A stretch of DNA of 63,257 nucleotides, the filler included, from Collodictyon triciliatum (Eukaryota): NCBI GenBank assembly GCA_043381765.1. It is 6 parts of 6 records of this genome, joined end to end, with 100 filler letters (N's around TTAATTAATTAA, not from the genome) between each part and the next. Parts side by side here need not be neighbours in the genome. Positions count along the whole stretch, not along the records: positions 45,030 to 59,650 come from JBHJMP010000302.1; positions 59,751 to 63,257 come from JBHJMP010000313.1; 4 more parts are not named here. The stretch is one strand, 5' to 3'. Position 1 is the first letter of the stretch. The number at the start of each line of letters is the position of its first letter. The notes under the pieces were generated by a model. That model was not told the DNA's origin. It did no database searches and saw nothing but the letters and a program-made list of their open reading frames with translations. This document shows, piece after piece, positions 48,973-63,257 of this stretch. Made by a program: the position numbers and the translations under genes.

Positions 48973-51900
48973 ATGGCTAAGGACTCTGCTGTAAAGGAGA
49001 AGAAAGTTGCAAAGGGAAAATCGCCCACAAAGCCTCTCACGAAGTCCTCCACGAAGCCTCTTACAAAGACTTCCACACAAGCGACAGAGATGAAAGCACA
49101 GAAAGCCCCAACGAAGCGCAAAATGTCTTCTGCAACCTCCACCCTGTAAGTTGCTACGAGGACAGATTCCCTTTGCCTTTTAAAACTCATCTTTTATTTC
49201 AGTGCTCTGCTAAAAAAGAAAAGAAAATAAGCCATGAGTTGATTATTAAGAAAAACCGATCATTTCCCGCTTCCTTACCACGTTTCATCAATCTGAAAAT
49301 CGATCAGAGACCCCGAGACCCCAAAGAAACTGAAGCCCAGCCCAAAAATAGGTAAATTCTCTTTCCTGCCTTCATCTTTGCCTGACTCCTCACTAGAGTT
49401 ATACTTATTTATCTTTTTTTTCCCTTCACTTTTAAAAGTTCTTATGTCAGTCTATAATATTCGCTATTTTTTTTTCGCCCGTTTTCTTCAATATTAAAAT
49501 CAGTCTGAACTAAATAATTAATAAAACTAAAAAGAAAAAGAAAAGAAAAGAAAAAGAAAAGAAAAAGAAAAGAAAAAGAAAAGAAAAAGAAAAGAAAAAA
49601 AAAAGAAAAGAAAAAGAAAAGAAAAAGAAAAGAAAAAGAAAAGAAAAAGAAAAAGAAAAAGAAAAAGAAAAAGAAAAGAAAAGAAAAGAAAAAGAAAAAG
49701 AAAAAGAAAAGAAAATAAGCCATGGGTTGATTATTAAGAAAAACCGATCATTTCCCGCTTCCTTACCACGTTTCATCAATCTGAAAATCGATCAGAGACC
49801 CCGAGACCCCAAAGAAACTGAAGCCCAGCCCAAAAATAGGTNNNNNNNNNNNNNNNNNNNNNNNNNNNNNNNNNNNNNNNNNNNNNNNNNNNNNNNNNNN
49901 NNNNNNNNNNNNNNNNNNNNNNNNNNNNNNNNNNNNNNNNNAAGAAAAAGAAAAGAAAAAGAAAAGAAAAAGAAAAGAAAAAGAAAAGAAAAAGAAAAGA
50001 AAAAGAAAAGAAAAAGAAAAGAAAAGAAAAGAAAAGAAAAAGAAAAAGAAAAAGAAAAAGAAAGAAAAAAGAAAAAAGATATGCAAAAGAATACTCTCAT
50101 AGATTTGCTTTCCATTCGAGCATCATTTGAATATTATTTTAACCTTAACCAAACTTCTGATAACTTTTGGGTCATTAACTCACTCGCTTGACTTCTAATT
50201 ATGATTACGGTCATACTTGTCCTCCTCTTTGCTTGATTTTTTTTAAATTGGTTTACTTTGGCTAAGATGTCTGTTTTGCTTTGATTTTGTCGAGCAGGAG
50301 AGGACGACGCTGATTTCCCTCGCGGAGATCGCCGACCGCGTAGCAGTGCTCCGGTCAAAAAAGTTGGCGCAAAATCGGACCGAACATTAAATCAAGGCCT
50401 TTTTAACGTAAAATCAACCACGCCAAAGAAGAAAGTACTGAAAGAGTCTCGATTGAATCCGAAGCACAGACAAAGATCAAAGGATACACCATCCCTCGTC
50501 ACTCCTGTAAAGCCAGCGAATACTCACGTCGAAATTCTATCGCGAAAGGTTTCCAACACAGCCACTCCACTTTACTTGCATTATTATATTTATATACTCA
50601 TTCATATATCTATCAATTTGTTGAATTTTTGGTTTGACACGTGGTTGAATTTTAGACTTTCAATATATACGGCCCCTCTCCCCTTCTCAAAACATGACAC
50701 ATTTGTTTTCCTTCTTACCCCCATAACGAAAAGCATTTGCTCATTTATTCGTTTACCCTTTTTTCCCATACCTTTTCTGTGGACAATGAATACTATGATA
50801 ACGATTTCATCTCTTTATATTAGAGCATGGCAATTGGGACAACTTTTCTTGCTGTGGTCAACCGAATCAGCTCGCTGAAAGTGATTCTCAGGTAATATAT
50901 CCACATACATTAATCGATTTCTCATCATCCAAATCAATTCAAGTCGCATTCTTTTAAGCTTTCTGAAAAATATACGCATTTCAGTTGTGTTTAACTTGGA
51001 TGAAGTATTCACCAATTCTAATTCTAATTCTAATTCACCAATTTTTTTTAACTTTTGGAAACGGGATTCAACTATCTGATATGATAATATTTCCAAAGTC
51101 TTCCTCATGGAATCCCTGCCACGTTGAGTATAGTCGATATTTCGGATGAAATATCTGAATCCATGGAAACTCACGAAGGCGAAGATGGTTCAAAAATAAT
51201 CGTTAGTCTACACCTACATCATCGAACTATAAGCTTGATGTGAATTCTGTCTGATAATCACAAAATTGGTCTTTAAAAATGCAAGTCTATCATAAATAGA
51301 CGCTAGCGCTTGAAAATATCAATGTTTAATGTCGATTTGATTGATTATTGTTTGACAGGGAGAAATCCCCGACCTAGAGAAAATGTTCACTGTTGGAGAC
51401 TACTTGATTGCGTCATTCCTGGAACAGAAAGAAGGGAAAGGATCCATAAAGTACATCCACTGCACTAGCTCTGAATCAGTTTTCTTTTTACCTCCAACCC
51501 AACCATTTCACATTATATGTGCCTTTACCTTCTTTCTTTACTTTATTCGATTCAAAGACTCACGTCTTCGTCTTAATACAATCTGCCCGACGTATACTTA
51601 TCATCAGCGAACACTTATGACTTCTCCTTCTTAAGGTATTTCGTATCCACAAAACCTTCTCTGGTCAACAAGGGACTAAGCTTTGAATCGATATCGCCTG
51701 GTCATGTATGTATTAGTCAAACGAGGAAGTTAATGTCACTAACTCAAACACTAATATTTGATCTGTCTCTTCACCTATAAGATTTTATGAATCAGTTCTC
51801 CAATTGTGATTTATTTATATATTTACCTCTTATCTTTAGAACCTCATGGGTTCAATTAAAAGTAAGGAAGACCACGGATACGTGGTCAACCTTGGGATTG

Positions 51901-54900
51901 AGGACTGCACAGCATTCTTGAACAAGAAAAATATTCGTGAAAACGGTAATAAATTGATTAAATGTGACATCAACTTAATATAGCTGAAAACCATGTGCTT
52001 CATTCTGATTACCTAATTTTGAAACGTATAGAAACTCTGCATCTCGGTCAAGTCCTTATATTTGGCGTTCTTTCTTCTCACAAGACGAGAAAAGTGATTT
52101 CGCTTACCAGAGACGCCAGACATATATCTGATATGAGAGTTAGTATAATCTCGTTCGTTCTTTTTTCTTTTCTATCCCCACATATTTACTATTATCTATC
52201 ACTCATAGTATTCTCTGTTATTTATCGTATTATCTGGTTAGGCTACCATCCACAACGATTTTTCTCTTGCATCATTGAAACCTGGAATGCTTGTGAGCTC
52301 TTGATTTTTACAATCTATATACCAAGTATCAAAGTTTCATTTCAATAAATCCAATCTTAAACTGACCTAAATTATGTTAATATTTTCATTTTTTTTTTTT
52401 TGCCTTATCAAATTACCATTCGTTAAGGTTGATGCTCGATTAAAGCAAGTCAAGGTTAACGGAGTTTTAATGACAATAAACGAGCGATTCGACGGCTCCG
52501 TCTTATACTATCACATGAAGAATATAGTCGCTACTGACTGCGGAGAGTCCTTCAAATCAAATTCAGGGGTACAACCGAACAGCTTTTAAAATATATACAC
52601 ATTTTTGTAATTTCCCCCTCTTCGATTCAGATAAATCCTCATTTTTATAATTATTATTACTATTATTTCAAACTTCAATCTTAAGAAAAAAACGTCCTGA
52701 GTATGGTACATTTCCATGCATTTAGTTTTTCTTTCATATTCATTTAATTTCCCATCAATCACTGAGCTCAGACAATTGCTATGAACGGTTAATATCATTA
52801 TTATTGTCACTGTTATTTCCGTTATTGTAACAATCACTATCTATTTTCTTGTCGAAAAAGGTCTCTGCTAGAGTTCTCTTTCTTGATCCATCCACGAAAA
52901 CAGTTGGGCTCTCATTGAAACAGGAGTTCTTGGATTTCACGCCATCCAAAATTGGTAACTAAAGTGTAAATTGATTCAAGAGAATTTATGGATACGAGAA
53001 TATGTCCATATATCTAAGAGCCTTATTCTTTTACCCCAAAGTTGGCAAAGTCTTTTATAATTGACTAATTTGAGTCCAAAACATTCTCAAAATGTCTCAG
53101 AAAACTGGGGGTTGAATGTGGGCTCCGTTATTGAAGAAGCGAAACTTATAAGGCAGGACCCGATGAAAGGGTGGATAGTTGAACTTGGTGATGGAAAATA
53201 TGGATATGCACCCGTACTAATTATTAATAATTTTGATGAATTATCCCTATCTTATACCATTCTTAATCACATCCTGTATTTTTATCCTTTTCTTAAAAAA
53301 TAAATAATTTACTCTGGGGCTAATATGATTTAACTTTGCAAGAGTAAAACTATTTTCGAGTATTTTGTAAATGTGTCATCTTGTAGGCTAGCAACTTTCC
53401 GACAGAGAAAAATGAATCATCGAAATTCATCAAAGGACATGTGTCACGTTGCAAGATAGTCTCTTTTTGTAATAGTTGCATCTGATTTATAATTTTTGTT
53501 TTAGTTGAATCCTTACATTTTTTTTCAACTCAAATTATTTACTGTGACAACAAACCCGTGTGAAAAAAATAATTTAATTAATTTAATTTCCTTAGCCGCC
53601 GCTGATTGCCTTGCTATCCTTAATTTTAAAGAGTCTGTCGTCGATTGTCCCATTACGTTTGCCTTTGAGCTTGTTCCTGGACAAGCAATCAAGGTAACCA
53701 GATGTAGCATGCCCATTCACAATCGAATACCATGTCTTTCCGCCCAATTCCATGAACATTTTTTTTTTTTTTGTGGGTGAGCACATTTAATCTGGATTTC
53801 ACATGACTCATGTTTTGTGCTCTGTTAGGGTAAAATCATCAAAGTCAACCAGGATAGTCTCGAGGGTAACCGGCCATAGCTTTAATAATGCTTTATACTC
53901 TTCTCTCACATGATCCGTACGTTAAATCTGCTGCTTTTTTTTTTAATATCTATAATTTTTTCTAATTCGTGCTTCTTTCCTCTTTCATTCTCGTTAGTAT
54001 CGCTGGCTGACAAAGTGAGAGGACTCTGCCCCATTTTGCACTGTGGAGAGGGACTTCTCCGCGACCTGAGCCAATTTTCAGTTGGACAGGAGCATTCATT
54101 TAAAGTATTCTTTGAATTAATCGCGACAAAATACAGCATCTGTATATAAAAAAACAGTTAGAAATCTTACCAGATTTTACTATGTAATATCTGTAATTTC
54201 CTTTATACATTTTATTCTTGAATTAGTTCGTGACTTTATTAATCATGTAATGTTAGGTTTGGGAGACATCACAAAAGGGCCTAACATGTATTCTTACAAG
54301 AAAACCCACCCTTATAAAAAGCACGCTCCCAATAATAACCTCCCTAGAAGATGCCGTGCCCGGAATGATCACACATGGTGTTATAACATCGATATCGGTT
54401 TCTATTTTAATAGATCAAACAAAAACAATATCGAAATTTAATCACATGAAATCATGACTACTTTGAACCTTACACGCATGGTTTAATAATACTGAAATGC
54501 CCAAAATACCAACATTTTTTTTCCGAATGAAGGAGAGTGGCTGCGCTGTGGGATTCTACAACCAAACTCACGGATTCATTTACAAAGGGGACTTGTGCAT
54601 CTCAACCGATATTAATGTATAACTGTCGATCCCGCTGGCATAGTCTTATCTATGCAAATAGGGTCAAACATTTAAGACCATCTTTACCTCAAAACCATAG
54701 GAATCGTTCTTTGTCGGCCAGGTTGTAAAAGCTATTGTCATGAAGAGCAATTTGAAAAAGAATAGCGTTTATTTAAGGTACTGAATGTCACATATTGTGT
54801 AAAAACATATAATATCAATATAATCATTTGAGATTCTTTAATTAATGACATAATCGAAAAAAATATTTAATTTTCAAAGTCTTAACCTGGAGGCTACGCC

Positions 54901-57900
54901 TGGGGCACCGAAACCTAGTATTACGACACTCTCCGTTGGAAAGGTTCGTTATCCTTCTATGAAAAAGAAATTATTGCAAATAGCACGTACCATCACTCAT
55001 CCTTAAATATTGTCTGTGAACCAAACTTGTAAGGCGAAATCTGATAAAAATTTTCCCCTATGCTTGGAACAAAGGTCTATGATTTCGTTGTATCTCATCC
55101 TAAAGCAGTAATGTCCACTGACGCTATATGTGTGAAAATTGCTGGTGATCTGGATGGAGTTATTCCTTTATATCATCTATCTGACTATGAAGAAAACATC
55201 GAGCTTCTGAAAAAGGTAATTGAATACATCAAAATTTTTGAAGTCCTATCTGGCTTCAAGTATTATACCAAGTGCTTAAACTTAATTTCCACCAAAGTAT
55301 TACACAGTCGGCAGAACTGGTAGGGGCCTTATTTACTTTCTGAAGCATAATACAGCATATATAACACTGAAGCCATCCATGATTGCTGGTGAGTAAATTC
55401 TCTTTATTAGAAGCAAAATGAAAAGAAAAATAGCATACATGATTCAAGAAGCATGAGATGATTCGATTCAACATTATTTTCTTTCTTTTCTCTTATGTTG
55501 CCTGGACCTATGCAGAGGCCAATCAAGGTTCCATGCCCTCAGAACTGGCCAACTTTGAGGAATCGAAAGTTTATTTGGTTTGTTTCATATTTTATTTAAT
55601 TTTCTGAATCTAAACCGCACACGATTTCATTAACTAAATTTCGTGGATATAAATCTTTTTTTTTTCAAAGGGTTTCGTTTCGAATATCATCCCGACAGCA
55701 ATCTTTGTTCAGTTTCTGAATAGTAAATATGGAATTGCACCGAAAAAGGTATAAATTCTCATTTATAATCTACAATATACCATTCAACAAAACCAGGCAT
55801 ATATGATTTATCCTCCCCAATCATTCTACATACAAAAAAAAAAGAGTAAACTGTAAACTGTCATAGTTCATGCAAGATAAATTTATAACTGATCCATCGA
55901 TGTACTTCAAAATTGGGTCAACTATATATGCAAAAGTTATGTCGGTTAGTAATACATTCGAAGTATCCAGCAAGCTTATGGGAATGATACAGCGATTCTA
56001 CATTATATGTACATCCAGCAAATATCTAATCGAATTACTTTTTTTTATTTAAAAATTGGATTATGAAGATAAATACGGAAAAAGAATCCTTCCTCTTAAG
56101 CGTGAGGCCCTCTGACTGTTGTCCTAATTTTGACCGCTCATGGTTGGCAAATTTCTTTGATGAGCAGGTACACATCAAATATTCTCCAAATATAAATCCG
56201 ACGAAGGTGGTCGCAAGTTCTTTTCTGTTCTGTTTCTCAAGATTACTTTACATACAATTAATGCAAACTGCACAGCAAAAAGTCGCGTCCTTAGACCCTG
56301 ATATTCTGTCGATTGCGTCGTTACCCGTTGGTAGGGTTTCATAATAATGGTGCTATCCCATTTTTGTCGTATTCATCATCATTATTTGTGATCAATTTTA
56401 GAAAAAACTATGTAGCCTAGACAACTTTTATGTTTCTACGCAGCTAGACATTTACTAGTTGTGAGTTGATCACCTGAAGTCCACATCAAACTGCAGGTCA
56501 AATCGTGGATGCCGTGGTTTTAGAAATAGGCGAAACNNNNNNNNNNNNNNNNNNNNNNNNNNNNNNNNNNNNNNNNNNNNNNNNNNNNNNNNNNNNNNNN
56601 NNNNNNNNNNNNNNNNNNNNNNNNNNNNNNNNNNNNNNNNNNNNNNNNNNNNNNNNNNNNNNNNNNNNNNNNNNNNNNNNNNNNNNNNNNNNNNNNNNNN
56701 NNNNNNNNNNNNNNNNNNNNNNNNNNNNNNNNNNNNNNNNNNNNNNNNNNNNNNNNNNNNNNNNNNNNNNNNNNNNNNNNNNNNNNNNNNNNNNNNNNNN
56801 NNNNNNNNNNNNNNNNNNNNNNNNNNNNNNNNNNNNNNNNNNNNNNNNNNNNNNNNNNNNNNNNNNNNNNNNNNNNNNNNNNNNNNNNNNNNNNNNNNNN
56901 NNNNNNNNNNNNNACACCTACAAATACGGAAAAGGAGGTTCTCATTATTTTTATGAGTTTTTCTTTCTGTTGCTAATAATTTATTGTTGGTTATATGCCC
57001 TTCTACTCGAACATCCTGCTCATTCTTCCAATATTCTGTCTCATTAATACTGTAATAAAATTACTCAAATTGTTGCATCGCCATGATAAAAATGAAATAC
57101 CAGTTACCCGAGGATGCCCCAGCATCAGTTGAGGTTGATTCTGTGACAGAGTGCCAAATCATTAAAATCAAAGAGAGCTACCTGACTGTCTATAGCCCCG
57201 CATATAGGTCGCATAACTTGACCTATTATCAAAACAAATCATATCAATATGTATACTTTGTTTCATGCGTTTTATCTTCCCCTTTCCTCCAATTTTTTAA
57301 ACTACACATCGAATATCTTAACTAGTTATATGAAATAGGACAATCATTTTCACTCAACTTGCATACACAAACTACCGAATAAACCCCGTTCGATTGTATC
57401 AACCCAACAAAAAAATCCAAGTGCAAATCACTCACGTAAGAATATGGTATTTCTATGAATCATAAGTCGTAAATCAACCGCGTATCTTTTTCTTTTAGTC
57501 ATACAATTTAGGTGAATAAAAGAAATGCTACTGCCTCCATTAAATCCTGAAAAATCAATTTAGGTTGGTATCGGCATAAACAAGAGAATACTTGGGATTC
57601 CAAAAGTAAATTCACTCAAATACTTTAGGATGTTTAAATAATACAGTTAAAAATATTTAGTGATAATTAAGTCTATCCATTGTGTAATAATTAGACCTCA
57701 ATACAATATAGGACTTCGAACAACTAATCGAAAATAGAAGACGTATATATATTGTCTCACTTAAATACCAATCAATTTTTGTATCTATCAAGAAAAATAT
57801 ATAGCAATTTATAAATTATATACTTTTTTTTTTAAGAAAAAAGATCTGGTCATTTGACTGCCATGTCAGTCGAATACGGTGAAATAGTTGAAGGAAAACT

Positions 57901-59395
57901 GGTCAAAATTTTAGAGAACTCATTTGTCGTTAAACTTGGACCTACATCAGATGGTGAGCTTTGATGATTTTTTTCCAATGTCCCAAAGATTATTCTGCAA
58001 AAATATGCAGCTTTTCTATTGCATACATAAATTGACTGTTCGAATTGACCAACATCCATCAATATACTTTAGGTTTGTTGCACTTTACGGATATATCCGA
58101 TGAATACAAACACAAAAAAGAAATTATGAATGACATTAAGGTAAGCTCTAGATTTGCATATAAATGAACAATATTGATTCATCCACAATTCTTTATCTTA
58201 ATAAATGAGTTTCCATTCAATTTTATGTCCTCTTTTTCCTGTTACATTTTTGTTAATTTTTATTTGTTCTCTCTGCACCCCGGAAAAAAAATACGATTGT
58301 TAGTTGCAGTCTATTGTGAAAGTAAAGGTTATTCACATATTGAAATATGACGATTTGGAAGCTGATGATAAGGTATATACCATTTTTCTACTTGATTGTT
58401 TTAAAAAAAGTTTCATGAATTTCTCAATATTCTGCATCCGCCTTCCGGTTCATGTATTTTTTTTTTAGCTCTATCCCTGTCAAATTGCGACTCATTCTCA
58501 ATAAATTCGGTTTTTTTATTTAGGCAGATAAACCCGCTTTTACCAGGCCTTGTTGCTACTTATCCATGAAACCATCTGTTATGTCCGATTCTTGTGCTAC
58601 CATACCTTATCTGTCGCGTGACACTTTGAAGCTAGTAATTGAAAATTGAGAAATTATTATGACATCTATAATTACATAATTTGGTAATGCCTTTCAGCTA
58701 TATTTGTTCACATCCAAACAATTATATAATCTTTACAGGGTCAGAAAGTTTCTGGAATCATTCGCCTCATATCTACACACCACCTCGAGGTATCCATTTC
58801 ACATACAATCACTTGCAAAATGACGACAGTTGATTTGATGGAGGATGAAAACGATTTTAGATCTATGGAAGGTTTTAATTAATTTTAATTTAACCCTTAT
58901 ACTTATACTTATCCAATAGTTATCTCGTGATTCCAACAAAAGATGAAAACAGTGATGATAAGAAATATTTCGAAAATGATCAATACTTTTTTTTTTATAA
59001 CATCATGTATCGTTTTTTCATCTAGAGCGTAACTTTGAAGAAGGCCAAATTATTTCTGCGTATGTTTGTAGACTTGGAAAAGAAGACAGGATGTTCTTCC
59101 TCACTATTAGAGTAACTTTTTTTTCAAGATATAGATTGAATCTAATGCCCGAAATCCGCGACCTAAAACTTTTAATATAGTGAATCAATACATAAATTTA
59201 TACCATCTGAAGACTGAATACTTATTCAATTATAGGCACAAAAGAAGTACAAATGTAAGAAGAATGATATCACGATATGCCAAGTCTTGAAAACGTTGCC
59301 AAATTTATATTATTTGGTCTCTCTACCCAATGGTCACCTAGGAAGATTTTGTGTGACAGACTTTTCTGATGAGCTTACGAGCGATCCACTCAAAG
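48973..59395 (+). CDS. RRP5: rRNA biogenesis protein Rrp5 (PDCD11), tandem S1 domains; over 30 exons; C-terminal HAT/TPR part beyond scaffold end
   Basis: Lys-rich N-terminus, DADFPRG, SLPHG, KPSLVNKG, IKSKEDHGYVVNLGI, ARVLFLDPSTKTVGLSL, GVIPLYHLSDY, DKFITDPSMYFKIG and repeated S1-like strands. Confidence 0.9.
49530..50078. repeat. (AAAAG/AAAAAG)n intronic arrays around a gap and duplicated segment
   Basis: Directly visible. Confidence 0.9.
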
Positions 59396-59543
59396 GTTAG
59401 TTTTTCTTTAGAATGATATGTAACGGGAAAATCTATTCCTTTAAATGATTTCTTCAAAATTTCGCAAGATTCATTCATACTCACTCTCCGTTTATTCTCA
59501 CTAATGTGTTATTCTCATTGAAAAAACTCCTATTACAACTATC

Positions 59544-59584
<41 letters not shown>

Positions 59585-59843
59585 CATTATCATTATCATT
59601 ATCATTATCATTATCATTATCATTATCATTATCATTATCATTATCATTATNNNNNNNNNNNNNNNNNNNNNNNNNNNNNNNNNNNNNNNNNNNNTTAATT
59701 AATTAANNNNNNNNNNNNNNNNNNNNNNNNNNNNNNNNNNNNNNNNNNNNTTTGTTTGTTTATTTTTTTTTTTTCCTCCCCCCCTCTTTGGTTGTTTTTT
59801 TTTTTTCTCCCCCCCCCCCCCCCCCCCCCCTTTGCATATCCAG

Positions 59844-63150
<3,307 letters not shown>

Positions 63151-63257
63151 ACATGACGCGCTCTGAGTATTCCAGAATAAAGAAAAGACAAAAAAAAAAA
63201 AAAAAAAAAGAAAGGAAAGGAAAGGAAAGGAAAAAAAAGAAAGAAAACAAACAGGGG

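Noticed and set aside
49711..49841. Apparent tandem duplicate of an RRP5 exon and flank (copy of 49224-49354)
   Set aside because: It starts in an AAAAG repeat and ends at an N gap, and the 44-nt exon could not be included twice in frame; most likely mis-assembly or allelic overlap.

Overview
This is intron-rich, AT-rich eukaryotic (protist-like) nuclear DNA read with the standard genetic code. It is not one locus: five artificial 100-nt N44-TTAATTAATTAA-N44 linkers (8057, 29580, 40023, 44930, 59651) join six scaffold pieces, and the ordinary N gaps mostly sit at microsatellites. Hand-spliced gene models give a membrane adenylyl-cyclase-like protein (TM-C1-TM-C2) with every catalytic residue substituted, the last exon of an unknown gene, and a disordered protein with an eIF4E-binding-like motif. 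They also give VPS8, a NUP50/Nup2-like FG nucleoporin, a disabled LRR-kinase gene, MBF1, DIS3L, a kinase-(dead cyclase)-kinase protein, a hypothetical gene, tRNA-Lys(TTT), RRP5 and an NDR kinase. Several fragments of non-LTR (LINE) retrotransposons lie between genes. The most notable points are two independent pseudo-cyclases, very relaxed splice signals (many AAG acceptors, T-run/A-run tracts, micro-exons, one GC-AG intron), one candidate U12-type donor, and a structured GC-rich element 45 nt upstream of the tRNA. All exon structures were read by eye without transcript data, and the organism cannot be identified from this window. I found no single unmistakable new system; the findings are ranked hypotheses.
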